Below, one piece after another: positions 13,329-27,447 of a DNA stretch of 64,000 bases (position 1 is the stretch's first letter; each line of letters begins with the position of its first letter). Source of the DNA: Microbotryum violaceum. Lineage: Eukaryota. Location: assembly GCA_001244265.2 (NCBI GenBank), contig CDLV01000011.1:1550001-1614000 (forward strand), given 5' to 3'. The position numbers and the translations under genes are program-made. The notes under the pieces are model-generated. The model was not told the DNA's origin, did no database searches, and worked only from the letters and a program-made list of their open reading frames with translations.

Positions 13329-16300
13329 ATGAACGATGATCTCCGAGCCTATATCTTCTCCAAAGGCCTCCTCCTCCCTCCCGACGACTATCTCGCCCTC
13401 TTACTCGAACCGTTTGTCGTCGAGCTGCAAGCTCCTCTCCCGTCCTCCGAAGCGATCGATGAGGATGACCTTCGCTCGATCGAGTTCTGGGATCAAAGGA
13501 GGTGGGAGGGATGGGTGAACGGGGTTGAGAAGGAGGTGTGGGAGGATAAGTTGGAGGTCAAGGCGGAGGTGATGCAGAGCATTAAGGGGGTGGCTAGGGA
13601 AGTCAAGAGGGGGCGATGGTCCAAGATTGGGGAGCTCAGTCAGCTGATGGAGGGCGAGGAGTATGATCAAGGTCGGTAAGCACACTTGATGCCGTTCTAC
13701 TTTGTTCAGATGTCTCACTTTCGATATCATTCGGTGTCACTTGCCCCAGTGTTTCGTTTCCCCAACCGATTGGAAGACGACTACCTCCTATCTCGCGTCG
13801 CACGGCGCCGAGGAGCTTTCTTCGCGTCCGAATTCGCTCTAAAGGACATGATAGACTATCAAATAAGCTCTCCGGCTCTACTGGAGGTTGAGGATGACGA
13901 AGAGCTTTTAAACATGCTCGACATGCCCGAAATCGAAGACGGCCTGTGAGTCCCATCTTGGCCAGAACGCTCTAACAGAGAAGCTTGCCTCAGAGCGTAC
14001 TTTATGGTATCGGTGGTGATACACAGTGATTTGCGTTTACCAACTACCATGGAGCAAATCGCGTTTTTGAAAGAAATGACGCGCTCCATCAAAGCCACGG
14101 GTCGACTGACGACGGGGCAACTGCTTACCGAGTCCGACGATGCCGAAGGTCCCCGACCAATTAGGCTGAATGTCGTAAGCAACATTTCTCTTCCGAATGA
14201 GACTCGTGCGATCAGAGTACTTGGCTGACTCGCACCTAACTCCAGGATACTTTCCGCATGCCGAGTCCGCCCTTGTTGCCAAGAGCCACCTCGAGATTAA
14301 ACGAGTCGTCTCGACTCGATCTCTTCGACGAACTTGATGTAATCACGCCACCGTCATCGCCGAGGGGTACTGGGGTCCCCATGAATGCATGGAACAGAGA
14401 AGGTTAGTATTCCGAACTAAATTCTCGAAGCGTGTCTCCTGCTGACAATTTGTCTGGAGCGCTTCTAGAGGGTATTCGATCGCTTCCTTCATCGCCCGTC
14501 CGATTTTCTCGCGAAGCCTCCTTCCGTCCGATCTGGTCAAGTCCGCCCACGTCTGACCAGCCTGAAAAGGTATCGGAGTGGATGGAAATAGGTGCGTTTT
14601 ATCGGCTGTCACTACCGACATTCGCGTTCTGTCCGCTCAGTAAACGGGCAGCGCACAGATAAACCCCTGTTTCCACGTGCCAAACGGGAAGGCGCAGCCA
14701 CCCTTGTTGATCTCGACATGCCACCCGTGCCCTTTGATTCGAGCTTACTTGAAAGTGATGATGAACCCAACAAAGAGGTATTGGCTCCTACAAATCCGCA
14801 TATTTCCGAGTTGTTCGCTTCGGACGACACCATCGGGCCCGCCGAACAATCTGCCCCAGACGACTTGACCAAGCTTCGATTGCGAGGTGAGCCCGCCAAG
14901 AGCCTTACCAGAATAGTTTTGTGCAGATTCTCAAGATTTGTAGAACTTCGCAGTTCCTCACCTATCGAACCCAACGTTCGCTCCGCCACCGCCACCTCCC
15001 ACACCGACAGACTTTGCCTCCACGAGCTCATCTGCCTGGAGTCTGAAGCTCGATCGAGAGCTCACTAGTGCGACGATCGGGTTGTCTTGGGCTGTCGATA
15101 GGCAGGTCGACGGTCTCAAGCTCGATTCCATCATGTTCGACGATGACTCGGAGAAAGTCGGGCTTTCGGATGATCCGCAACAGCGAGGGGGGGCACTGTT
15201 CGTAGAGACGATGGAGACTGAAGACGAGTTAGCTGAGCTCATGTTGGAGGACACGAGCCAAGTTGAATTCAAGACGGGCGATACCATAAATGAATTTCTC
15301 CTCCAACCACGAGCTCCAACCATCGCCAGCCAATCACATCCCACACTTTCCGAACAAGGTCATGCGCAGTCAACGTCGTCATCGACCAGTCGCTTCACCG
15401 AGATTACCGCTTCCGATCTTGACATGTCCAAGATACCTCCCGATCTCATCCAGGCGGTCAAATTAACGACGTCGAGCTCTTCACCGCTCAGTAGTCTCCT
15501 ATCCCCGGGACTAGAGTCGAACAACCTTGCGAGCGAAAGTCGTTCGAGTCCTCCTCCTTCGCAAGAGCCCGGAGACGCAGGGCTCGCGTTGAAGAGCATA
15601 GAAGATGACTCCGGGCTGAAGGATATTATTATGAGAAGACTGGGACGTCTTCAAGAAGCTTCCGTCATGCCAGATTTCACGAGTCGAAGAATAGCCATCG
15701 ATCACTTTCTCTCGACGCGAGGCCGACAGATCAGTCTTCCCGTGGCCGTCCCAAAGACGAAGGCCGGCCAACGCGAGGCCACACAAACTGCCGTGATGGC
15801 ACCCCTACCAGTATCGCAGCCTCCTTGCTCTCCACTCTACCAAGATACACCATTTGCAACGCCTCAGTTCCTCCAGGTAGACGATGAGACTCTGCCCGTT
15901 GGTCACCTCCGCGTCATCGGCTTCCACTCTCTCTTCCAAAACCGGTTGCTGCGATCCGCCTTGGAAGACGTCAACATCGAGCTCATCCATCGATATTCGA
16001 GATGGGTAAAGGATCGATATCGTACGTTCGACCCGCATCTCATCCTCAACAACCACACATGCGTCATCTTCCGGCCTCTGTGGTCCCTAGTTGGTCGTGC
16101 GTACCGGGCTGAAGAGGTCGACAACACATCTACCAGCACCGATCTTACACGTGAAGAAGCACTATTCACTACTCTATATCGCCTATCACATCGTTTCGAC
16201 CGCATCCTAGTCGTACTCACCGAACGATGGCCAAAGACGTCAATGACGGCGAACGAGTACACCCCACCAGTTTTGAAAGCGCTGCGCGAGCTCGATCAAG

Positions 16301-16932
16301 GTATTCTCGAGCATCTAACGGGTAGGGATGATCGAGTTCACATCCAAGTCGTCTTTTCGAAAGCGCCCGAGGAGTCGGGGAAGATCGTGAGAAAGCTTCT
16401 TATCGATCTGCGACACAGTGATCTGGATGTCGGTTCTGATTCGCGAAAATGGTTGGTTGACCCTTCGGAGGTGAGTGTAGCTGTTACGACGTCCCAGGAA
16501 GAAAGGAGCGACTGATGTGGCCTCATTTTTTCACAGGAGGAGAGGCTATTGCTTCAGATTGATACGATCAACGAATACATGGCCAGTCGAATCCTGTCAC
16601 AGTGCTCCGCGAATGAATTCTTCCAGCTCGACGAGATAACGAGGGAAGCTCGGTTCGCAGGAATCATAGGGGCCGAACGCATGGTCAGTCGTCGCGAGCG
16701 TTGCTGACGTATGTTGAGGCTTCTTACCCCAATTTCGCCGCTCAACGAATTACAGATTGAAGTTGAACGAAGCATTCAAGAACTCCAATTGCGCCAAGAT
16801 CCGGCCTGTCACCGGGCTGATGATGCGGCGCCTACCTTGACTGGCATTGGGGGGTTCGAAGCGTGCAGCTCGATGCCGAGTGATGCAAGTCTGACCAGCT
16901 TCCAGGAGCTAATCTTTGATTTCGATGCTTGA
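13329..16932 (+). CDS. Zip2/SHOC1-like meiotic crossover protein with C-terminal inactive XPF-fold and HhH region (multi-exon)
   Basis: C-terminal pattern DPHLILNNHTCVIF..LYRLSHRFDRILVVL..TPPVLKAL..WLVDPSE|EERLLLQIDTINEYMASRIL resembles SHOC1/Zip2 homologues; long disordered middle. Confidence 0.55.
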
Positions 16933-17138
16933 GTGTGTAGATACGGGTCTTAGCTTTTAATAGATCTCTCAGGAACACAGAACGCACTTAAGGATGAAGT
17001 GGTACAAACACGCGGGTTCGCGTAGGGTATCATTAAATGCAAACAAGACAGTGAGGAAAGAGACAAGCACACTGCGACACTAACGACAACGAAAGTGAAG
17101 AAAACCTGATAAGAGAAAAAACAGCCAAGATCTTTGAC

Positions 17139-20100
17139 TCAATCCAAGAAGTCAAACAAGTCCCTCGCCAGGCCCTTCTCGACGGCCTCATGATCGATGC
17201 GCCCTCCCGAGCCATAGACGCTTTCGTACGCTGCGAGACTGACGGTCGAGAAGAAGGGAATCAAGTCGCCGATCGTGTTGACCCTTCGTCCGACGAGCAT
17301 AGTTCTCCGAGGGGTGATGCGGTCCGAAGCCCAGGCAGCCGTTGATTCGGAATCCGTACCTACTCCCCCTCCTCTTGTGACGACGGGGGAGATGGACGCT
17401 GAAGGACTCGAAGGCGCGAATCGACCATCATGAATAATCTCGCCCAATCGATCCATGATCGCTTGAGGAAGCCACGAATCAGGTGGGTACATGGCGTCGA
17501 CGGTGTCGGTGACGAACATCCATTCATGGATTTGGAAGTCCTCCGTCTGCAGGACCAGCGTCAGGTCGAGGAATTTGCATGCCGAATGCACGAGTTGCAA
17601 AAGGTCCGATTTGTCGGGCACGCTTTGCTCGACGAGCGAATCAAAGAGCCTCAAGAGGTCCGTGAGGATCGTCGGCCATAGACCGGAGAGGTGTTGATTC
17701 CCGATGCGAACGAAGAGGACCCGTAAGCAGAGGTACACCTCGGCATGGACCATGTCACCTACACTCGAGCGGAGCAAGTCGACAAGTTTCTCTTGAATCA
17801 TAGGGAGCTGAGTCAAGAAGCGGTCCTTGTCGCCCGTGAAGAGGACATAGGTCAAGCGACGAAGCGAGAGCGCGCGCGAGAGGTTCTCAAGCTCGCGATT
17901 GGTGAAGATGTTGGCCGAGGACACGGATGAGATTTTGGCTGTGCGTGAGCGTGATGCATGACGGGGTGGACGAAGATTAGTCTCCCCATTATCAGATCAG
18001 CCTCGAGCAGACGACCAGCCTTTTACTCACAAGTAAGTTCGACAAGCCTCTCCTTATCCGAGGCCACGAAAGCCTGAATGACCGGTCTCCAATGAGCATC
18101 TGCTGTGGGCGGGGCATTGAAGAAACGATTATCCCCAAACGCATCGCCAACCATCGTCTTCCACGCCTTGACTGTCGCCGGGTTCTTGACCATCTCATGC
18201 AACAGCGAGAACACGGCCGGTTCGACCTCGAACGTCTTGGACCTGGTCTTGAACGCTGGCGCGACGATGTAGTAGACCATGTTGGAGCAGGTCGCTGCGG
18301 TCTTGTCCGAATCGATGAGGAATCGTCTAAAATCGGGGAGGACGCGGTGTGCGAGGAAGTCGGTGATATCGAGCGCATGGTTGCTCGGCGTCGCGGCGAG
18401 GGCTCGTTTCTCCTCATCGGTCACGTCCTCGGTTTCCTTCGTCTCCTTGGACATGGCGCTGTCCGCCTCACCATTCAACCTCTCTGTTCTTCCCTTCCTC
18501 AACCAGCCACTTTGATCGACCGATCGACCAGCGAGTTGGATCGACGCGTCAGCCAAGCGGATGAAGGTTTCTTGCAAATCCCTGCGCATCCTTCGATCTT
18601 CCAATGCACTCGTTTGCGAGACCTTCTCCGATAGTGTCGTGAAGCATCTCAAGCACGCAAAGATGTGCGGGCGGGACGTCGAGATGTTACTAAGGCAATC
18701 CCTGACGAGGCCGAGGCATGTACTCCAGACTTGCATCGATATGGCCCCGTCCAAACGATCAAGGTAGGCCTCGAGGAAAGCGAACAACAATTCGTCCGAA
18801 GCGAGGTAAGGCGATCGGTTCTTGTCGTGCTGGTTCGAGCTCGTCGCGCCTTTCGACAACGGTCCCAATTTGTCACATATCATCGAAACGACGGACTGGG
18901 CGCTAGGAGCCAGTATCCCGACCATCTCAAAGACCCTCGCTTCACTCTCCGAGTCTTTTAACTTCTGCCAATGCGCGGCGATGTCATCGAGCGAATCCGA
19001 AGGCGCCGATTTGTAGATCCTTTCCAACGCCTTGCGAGCCCTCAACTTGGCCCTCGCGGCGAAATGACCCATCGAAGTCGAAACGTCGTCGCCGGCGAGG
19101 ATTTCGAGTCGAGTCGAGACGTCCCATGATTGAAGGAGCATGACTACGCAATCGCGTAGTCGAAGCAAGGCCGCATGTTTCGTCTTGGTCGCTTCCGACA
19201 CTTCCGTCACTTCGACTTCCGCCGATCCAAGAACGCCACTCATGTAGCCTAACAAACCCGTTCCGGCCGAGGCATCACTCGACATCGCGGTGGAGGCTTT
19301 GGGTTCTTCGTCCGGTGCGACGGCGTTACTTTCCGCAATCGCGATGAGCAGTAGCCTCTCCAGCGCATTGACGAGGACCGTGAATTCGGCATCCGTCGCC
19401 GAAGTCCAAGGTTTAATCAATTCGGACCGATCGACCCCATACGTTCTTTCAAAATCGCCGACAAAGGAACGTAACCTCTGCACGAGACAATCGATCAAAG
19501 GGAACAAGACCGAATGCAGCGATTGGCGGAATTGGGGTATAGTCATCAGGAGGAAATCGATCCAATGATGGATGACGGCGTTGTTGTTCTGTGTTGTAAC
19601 GCCGTCCGAAACGACGCGCACGAACATGGCATCGTGGGTCATATCCGGAGGTTGGGCTTCGTTCGAGAGCTCATTCGTCGCGATTAAAGTCCCCGTCGTC
19701 GACGCGACCGAAGGGGCTCGTCGATGTCTTCGTGCATTCGACCCCGCAACAGCATGGACGACGGAATGTAGGACGTGCAACAACTTGTTCTGCAGGTCCA
19801 ACTCCCCCCTATGAACGCACAGGTACAATCTCGAGGTCAACGCCGACTCGATCGTCGACAGACCCGTAATCTCCGCTTCGCCACGCGACATGACGACTTG
19901 GAGCAGTTCAGCGACGACCGAATGGATGTGGTAGTTGAGCGGACCGAGGGAAGGGACAAGTTTGGGATTGGGTTCGGCGCGAAGGAATCGCACGAGGATG
20001 ATGATCAGTCCATCGAGGTAGGTATGCGTATCCAAATCGGCGGCTCGGACGCGTTCCCTGAAACTCGGATCCAACGAATGCTTCATGAACGACCCTTTGG

Positions 20101-23100
20101 CGATGCGGATGAAGCCTTGACCGCCGAATCTCGCGAGACCGAGCAAACAGTCCAAGACGTGGTGCACGCGCGCTTGGTCGAACGTTGCTTCGTGTTCGAG
20201 GATGGGCACGCGCAAATCCGCAACTTTGATGATGGTCGATCGTTGTTCGATTGACGGGTCCAAAAGCGTGAACAATAACGGATCCAGTATACGCAGGTAC
20301 GACTTGAGACTGCAGCGCATCCATGCCTCGCCTGCCCTTCGTGTACTCAAATCATCGGCCTTGAGCGAATCGAGCATCCGGAACATCGGAGTACGCAATA
20401 CCACGCCGGGCAACTGCGAGTCCTCGGTGAAGCGCCACAGGTTGCCGAATGCCTCGAACGCCGCTAGCCGCACGGCCGGGTCGGGCGAAGCCAATCGCTC
20501 CGAGATCATGGTCTCGAGCAGACGATAATCGGAGAAGCTTTCGATCGCCCAGAGCATCTGTACGGCTTCGACAAAACAGGGTGCTCCGGAAGGTTGCAGG
20601 TACTCGAGCAACTGCACCGTCAGAGAAAAGGCGCACGTCAATTCAATCCGCACCCTCAATCTGTTCCAAGACCAAGCACCGACCTTGGCAGCGATCGCCT
20701 TGAGCAAATCCCTCCGGTTCCTCTTGAGCGTCGGCTTGACGTTCTTGCTTGTCATCACAGTCGACAATCCCCAGACCACACAGCCAAAGATACCCCAATT
20801 CGCCATCGTCGTCTCGGTCCGTTCCAACGCTCTTACAACACTCTTGGCCCACGTTTCGGGTTCCCAAGCGACTTTGATCTGGGTATCAAGCGATTCAGTG
20901 ACGACGTATAGAGAGAGCAGGACCCCGATCGAGTCAAGGAGCAATTTGCCTCCGTTGGCTTGGTATCGACTTTGGGCATCTCCTAATCTCGGATTCGGTT
21001 CGACGCAAGCTTGAATGACCCTCGTCGTCGAGGCTAGCCCACTGGCCAGTAATTCTCTCCCTTCCGTTTCGGGTAGAGAGGCCGTCTTCATATCCGTCGC
21101 ACCGTACAACAGATCGGCGAGCGTTCGACCTAAATGAGGGTCTTCGGGTGGGTCAAGCACGACGAGCGCGTCGTTGCTGTCGTAGAAATGGGGGGAGACT
21201 TCTTTGATTAATTCGACGACGAATTGGAGGATTGTGGTGAGGACTAGTCGATCGGGTTCAAAGGCTCGAGTCGCTAGGCCTTGTTCGACTTGGAGCGTCC
21301 CTGTCAAGGCTTGTTCGACGAGGTCGATCAGACCAAACGCGACGAAGGGGGCGTGTAATTTTTGCACCTCCTCGTCGTGGAGTCGGAAGGTTGCGACGAT
21401 GAAGCGTACGAGCTCGATCGTCGAAAGGTCGCTTCTTGATCCGGCGGAACAGGCCGAGACAACGGATGAGCGCATTGAAAAGTAAATGGCTTTCCACATC
21501 AGGAAAGGATCGAGGATTTCGAAAAGCATGTTGCCCGTCATCAAGAGCTGCGAAGGCCGAGTGAACTGAATAAGATCAGCTCTGGACCACTACACACCTT
21601 GTTGGGCGTCTCATCTTACCTCGTCATGATCATCATTCGGCCTCAAGGCGACCTTGAGCGCCGCGAACGCATCCAGCACAAGCACCTCCGTCAAAGCGGC
21701 TCCGATCTCCCACTTGTCCAAAAGCGAAATGAAGATCTTGAAAGGACGCTGTCGATCGACCGAATCGACCGACTGCGCGTCCATATCGATCTTCAATGCC
21801 TCCCTGACCAATTCCAACCCATGTTCCTTAAGGTACGCGACTTGGGCTTCGGAACCTTCGTTCGTTCCCAATAACCAGGAATATAACCTCCGACTCAGAC
21901 TGAGATCCCTCCGAAGGACAACGCCCAACACGCTTCTCATCAATAGGACTTGGTCCTGACGGGGTGTGGCTCGGAAACCTCTGCTGTCCAATTTGAGTGT
22001 CGCGGTAAGCAGGTCGAGGATTCCTCGCTGGACGAGGATCTGTGCATCTTCGAGTGCGGCGGAGAATCCTCGGATCATGAGGCCGATATCCTGGCCGACG
22101 ATGTAAGTCAGACCTGAGGGAAGTTCGGTAGGGCGTCAGTATCAGCGTTGAAAGAACGTCAGGCGCCACAGATATAATTGACCATCTTCCGACTGCAACT
22201 TGGGCAACCTGCGACTGAGGTAGTTTAACGCCGGTATCCTCGACCCCGGCGCGGTGACCAAAACGAGCCAAACATTCTGGAAGAAGAAGGACGGCGAGAC
22301 GGCGCCCGAGACTCGATCGAGCAAAGCCGCGACCTGTGCGATCAGGATTGAGGCCAGGCCATCAGTGCCAAGTCCAGCTAGGGCAATATTCGCCACCTCA
22401 CGCACCTTTTCGAAAAATTCGCCGGTCTCTTCTTCTAGCCCTGGCAACAAAGCAAGGATGAAGGCTTTGGTCGCGGGCCGCAGCGATTCTTGCAAGGAGA
22501 GGTAGAAGCGTTCAAAAATGGAGAGCACGATTGGCTACGGTGAAAGGGAAGCGAGGGTTAAGCGTGATCGGTATCAGTTCCATGTGCAAGCTCGATGAGC
22601 ATAGAGTCTGAACTTACTTTTACAGATGTAGCGGCGTATTGGAAGAAGGGAAAGATGCCCGAGGACCAGGCCGGGAGGTCTCGTCGGAGGTTCTCCGGCT
22701 GTGAAGTCGACGGAACGCAGCAAATCAGCTTTCTCGACACTTGCTTTAGATACGCCCGCGGTCGCGACTCGACTGACTCCGATGGTGGTGAGTATGTGGG
22801 TATAGACATCCAAGGCGCGCTGATGGACGCCGGTCGGTAGAGCCGGGTTCAGGCATTGCGATAACCGTTTGGCGACGATCAGCTTGTGCGGGATGACGAC
22901 GAACTGCGGGTACGCTTGTAGGCACTACGATCCGTTTCAAGTAAAGACAGGATCAGTTCACCGTCCATGCCCCCCCCTTCATTTCATTCTACCCCCCACT
23001 TTCTCTGAACTGACCTTGAGCAGTTTAGCGAGAAAGGTGATAAAGTCGGCCCATTCGTTGACTTGGTCGAACGACTGCAGTGTCCTTTCGACCGACTGGG

Positions 23101-23480
23101 CGTACTTGCGATACTTGGGATCACTTGCGAGGGCTGTGAGTAGCGCGAAGAGGCGTGAAGGTGTCGCCGTCGCCGTGTGCGAGGTTCGAGTCCGTTGGGT
23201 TGGTGGAGACGCGTGGCGCGTGAGAGGGAGATGAAGCAGGACTGGATTAGCACCCAGCACATGGATCAACTCTGCACCATCAGAACTGACCCTTCTCCTG
23301 CGCGGCCAACGCAGCGAACGTCTCTTTGACCCTGGTCGAATGTCGTCGCGTACCAGCCTCAGCACCAGCACCACCCGCCCCGACCCGGCCACCGGAAGCG
23401 GTTGCCACGACCGTCGAGACTGTTGGACTGGAAAAGGACGTGCTTGTGCTTGTGCTTGTGCTTGTGCTTGGGGCGGACAT
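17139..23480 (-). CDS. DOP1: Dopey family protein (endosome/Golgi trafficking)
   Basis: Dopey N-terminal motif DPKYRKYAQSVERTLQSFDQVNEWADFITFLAKLLK, ILALLPGLEEE, LRRDLSLSRRLYSWLLG, C-terminal LWPTILTDL..FQIHEWMFVTD. Confidence 0.95.
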
Positions 23481-23600
23481 GATGGGAGGCGGTGGGCACG
23501 GCGAACGGGGGGCGACCCGTGATGAGCACAGAGAGACAGAAAGACGGAGACACGGAGACACGGAGACACGGAGAGACGGAGAGACGGAGAGAGAGAGTCC
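23438..23600. repeat. Microsatellites at the DOP1 5' end: (GTGCTT)n encoding Ser-Thr, and (GACACGGA/GAGACGGA)n in the leader
   Basis: Visible tandem units. Confidence 0.8.
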
Positions 23601-23785
23601 ACGCCGCCGAGTCCGATGACGAGCACCCGACGGCACGCGCCTGTCACGCCGAGACCGCAGCACAGACCACGAAAACCCTGCGCATGGCTGGCAAAGAACG
23701 AGGAACGACTCGTGAGATAAAAGCAAATATAATAGGCAAAAAGATCAACACCTCCCCTCTTGGTCCCCCCCACCGCCCTCTTAAC

Positions 23786-25447
23786 CTAAAACTCTCCCCA
23801 AAACGACTTCTTCATCTTGAACTTGTACGGCACGTTCTTCCTCAAACGATCAGCCCCATCTTTAGGCCTCCTGAACTGGCCCCCTTCATCTCCCGCGGTG
23901 CCCCATTCCCCTCTCCTCCCTGCCTCTTTGACATCTCTTCCGAACTTTTGCGCTTGCGCACGAGCGAACTCGGCTCGTTCCCGCCGTTTCTTTTCTTCCG
24001 GTGAAGCCTCGTTGGGGTCCGCGTCTTGCTTGTTCTTTGCCGAGCCTTCAACAGCGATCGGCTTCTCCCCCGTCGAGGCCTCACCCGAGGTAGGGATCGT
24101 TTTTCTCCTAGGAGCAACGATAGGGATCTGACCCCCCGATGGGGCCCCTCCTTGCGCACCCTGTTTAGCCAACAACCTCTGATGTTCCTCCTCGATGACC
24201 TTTTCGGAATTGTCCATCAAGATGTCCATCTTGACTTGCTGGTGGTCGGGCGAATGGATCGAGTCCTTCTTGTCGGAGGAGGAAATCCCTTGGAATTCGA
24301 GCACGCGTTCGTTCTCTTCTTTTTCGATTTGGTCGTGCGCCGTAAAATGTTCAATGTCTGTTGGGATAAAGCAAAGGTTGAGATTTGAAGAAGGGTTGGG
24401 GTCCGAATTAGAGTCGGGGTCCGAGCAAAAGTTGGGTTCCTAAATTTGGCTTCGGGGTTCGAGAAGAAACGTACCCTCTGGGTGAATATAAGACTCTTCG
24501 CCTTGTGTCTCGGGCGTGCTGTGGTACTTTTCCTCGTGGCTGCGGGGAGAGTACAAGGACAAAGGAAAGATCAGCGTTCACGTGTCTCAGCGTTCTCGTC
24601 TCTTTCTCAATAAAGCGCATCATAAAGCGCATCTCGAAAAGCCTGACTGTAAAAAGTATTCTTCCTCCGCATCTGCGCGACCGAATCAAAAACCAAACTC
24701 TCATCAGCAATCGCCCGACTCGTCCCCTATCGTTACCCACCCGTCCCTTCACTGACCATAATGATGCCCCAAATGTTCGACGCCTCTGAAATTCGGTAAA
24801 CCGCCTACTCCACCAGCGACAAACTCCCTCATGGTCAGATAACCATCCCCATCGGTATCCAACTTGTTCAAGACTTCTTGCACGATCTCTTTCGCTTTGG
24901 CGGTGTGAACCTCGATGGAGGAAGAACCCTTTTTTGCTTTTTCGTGGTGTACGCCGTAGATGGATTCGAGTTCGTTGACGTCGAGGATGCCGTCGCTGTG
25001 GGGGGAGCAGACGGGAGGTTGGTGCGCCAGTCGTTTCAGCGAGTGAGCGAGTTCAACACGTCGAGCCGCGTGGCTTGTACTCGGTGGGGCGCGCCCCACG
25101 CGTAATTAGGGGTGTGCAGGCGACGGTGCACGACGCCACGCCACGGCGCTCAGGACAAGACAACTGACAGGTTCAAATCGTGCAAATGGAAAAAGGATTG
25201 GAGATCGAACGAATCCATATGATGCTGTGTGTACGAACCCGAAAAATCTCTCAACACCTTCTTGGCTCCTCCGCGGTCCGGGGGGGGGGGGGGGGGGGGG
25301 GCACGCTGAGCGCACGTACCTCTTGAGCCATGTGCAATTCGGTATAGGTCGCGTCCCCTTGATCACGGTCGCGTGTTCGTTGTCATCGCCGTGGGCTAGG
25401 GTAAGGGAGGTGGTGGTGGCCAGGAGGAGCAAGAGGGGGGACTTCAT
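23786..25447 (-). CDS. SSP120: Ssp120-family secretory-pathway EF-hand protein; one apparent 1-nt deletion in exon 1
   Basis: Signal peptide MKSPLLLLLA.., ATYTELHMAQE|HHMDSFDLQSFFHLHDLN|DGILDVNELESIYG..LDTDGDGYLT..LGHHY|DAEEEYFL|HEEKYH..HPE|DIEHF..VPYKFK. Confidence 0.85.
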
Positions 25448-25847
25448 CGTCGAACGTGGTCGGGCGGTCGGGCGCTGAGCGAGCGGAAGAGAGAGAGAGC
25501 CGAGGCGGGTGGGTCACTCTGCGAGAGTTCCCCAAGACCAGACCAGCTGAGAAATGAGCTGCAAACAAAGGCAGGTTCTACCGGGATCGCCAGGCTATGT
25601 AAGGGGTACGAGCACAACCGAGTCGGTTTACCGCGCGGGCCATTTCAACTTGATTACCCGCCGCCAATCCAATCTAATCCACTCTAATCGATTGCCGAAT
25701 GCCCGACTGATCCTGATCCTGTTCCTGAGATCCTGACCCTGATCCTGATCTTTTCCTCTCCTTTCCCCACCGATCGACAAAGCTCCGTCTCCGCTTCCGT
25801 CCCCCACGTGGATCGTCTCCCCACGTCAAAGCTACATTACAGCCAGG

Positions 25848-26485
25848 ATGGTCCTCCTGCTGCCCCCGATCGAATCCCTGCTCTCGCAACTCGTCACCTC
25901 CCAAGCGTCCCCCCACACCGTACTCCTCCTCTCCCTTCCCTCCGGCTCCGTAGTCGTATCCCAGTCCGCAGCCAGTGAGAAACCCTGGCTCGAGTTACCC
26001 TGGGGTGATACGCTTACGGAAGAGGATCGCAACAAGAGGTTCGCGGCGGTGGGGTGTAGCTGCTGGGAGGCGAGGACAGCGGCCGAGGACGAGGACGAGG
26101 CGACAGCGCCAAAGCGCGACGCCGAGGGGGATCCTTTGAGGTTGCAGACCGAGGTCAGTGGACGACTTCTTCGCCTTTGAACCACCCTCACCCACTTAAC
26201 CCTTGGTCTTGCCTCGTTGTCCTTATAGTACGGCCGAACCCTCCTCCAGGCTTTCGGTTCGTTTCTCCTCGTCCTCGTCGCTTCTCACGTCACACCCTGG
26301 ACCGTATTGGAACATAAAGTACGAAATTTTGCCCCAGTAAAAAAAAAAGACGACCGAAATTTTTTCGAGGCTGACGATGGCATTACTTTGGGGCTTTTCT
26401 TTGCATATAGTTGAAAGCGGCGGAAGCGGTGCTTCGACAACCTTTGGAACAAGTCTCCTCACCGAACGGAGGAGGATCGGAATAA
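25848..26485 (+). CDS. Roadblock/LAMTOR2-like (Ragulator/EGO-type) small protein, 3 exons
   Basis: MVLLLPPIESLLSQL..TVLLLSLPSGSVV..LQTE|YGRTLLQAFGSFLLVLVA..WTVLEHK|LKAAEAVLRQPLEQV; C-terminus resembles LAMTOR2. Confidence 0.6.
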
Positions 26486-27447
26486 TTTTTCGAGCGCACC
26501 GAAGTCTTCTTTCGCGCACCCCGATTCGTCCGACCTCGAATTCGGTACCCAGCAATGTGTACACGTTTTCTCACCACTTCAGATGTAACCCTTTCTTGTA
26601 TGTAAAAAAAGGAGGTAAACACAGTAAACCCATCGCAAAACCAGTCAGCAAAACCTTCCCCAAGACGTGGCCTCGTATACCCTGCGAATCGAAGAAACCG
26701 AGTAGTCCACTGAGGCGTGTCGGCAACGTCGAATTCAGAGACCTACCAACTTCATCCCCGGTCTCGAGACCTGCCCGCGACGCTGTATTGCGCGCCTTCG
26801 TGATCACCACCACCTGGACCACTACTTCCCTTCCCACCCACCCACGGTCCGGCCCCCTCGCACCCCTCCTCGGAGCACGAAGTTCGCTCAACGACCTGTG
26901 GGCCCAATCTTACGCCACCGCAAGAAACAACAAGACCAATCGATACGTTCAACCCCAACATCGTAAGACGATGCGAAAACGCACAAGGCCAGATGAGACC
27001 ATTTCATCTATGGCGAAGACGCGCCACGGGTAGGATATGCATCAAGAGAGGTAGGACTTGGAGGGCGAGCGCGAGCAACATGACCTTGACGCATGCTACG
27101 AGCAACCCCTCAGTGGATCGGGAACGAAATGATTGTTCCGATTTGGAATGACTTGGGGACGGGTTCAAGGGAAGGTGATGCCTTTGACTTTTGTGGTGTG
27201 GACTGGTTCGTCGGGAATCTGCTGGTTTTGGTTCGGGTGATGGAAGGGTAAAGGGGACGCGAGGCGGTCTGGGCGTGACAGAGTAGTTAGGTTGGCATCA
27301 GGGAGGCAGAGAGAAAAATCGTGATTCGTATACAGTGCAAGGTGGGAGTCCGGCGTCCGGAGATGGTCGAGGGGACCCTTTGCAGCATCGCTACCGACCG
27401 TTGAGGACGATGATGTAGAGGATCCAAGAACGCCGAAGCACGTAGCT

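Noticed and set aside
18092-21959. Numerous plus-strand ORFs
   Set aside because: Antisense shadows of the GC-rich DOP1 coding sequence.
25280-25301. G22 tract as a regulatory G-quadruplex
   Set aside because: It lies in an SSP120 intron (poly-C on the transcript); there is no evidence beyond the homopolymer itself.
26377-27440. Protein-coding gene or snoRNA host between the LAMTOR2-like gene and the foldback element
   Set aside because: ORFs are low-complexity with no recognisable motifs, and I found no convincing C/D or H/ACA box pairs.
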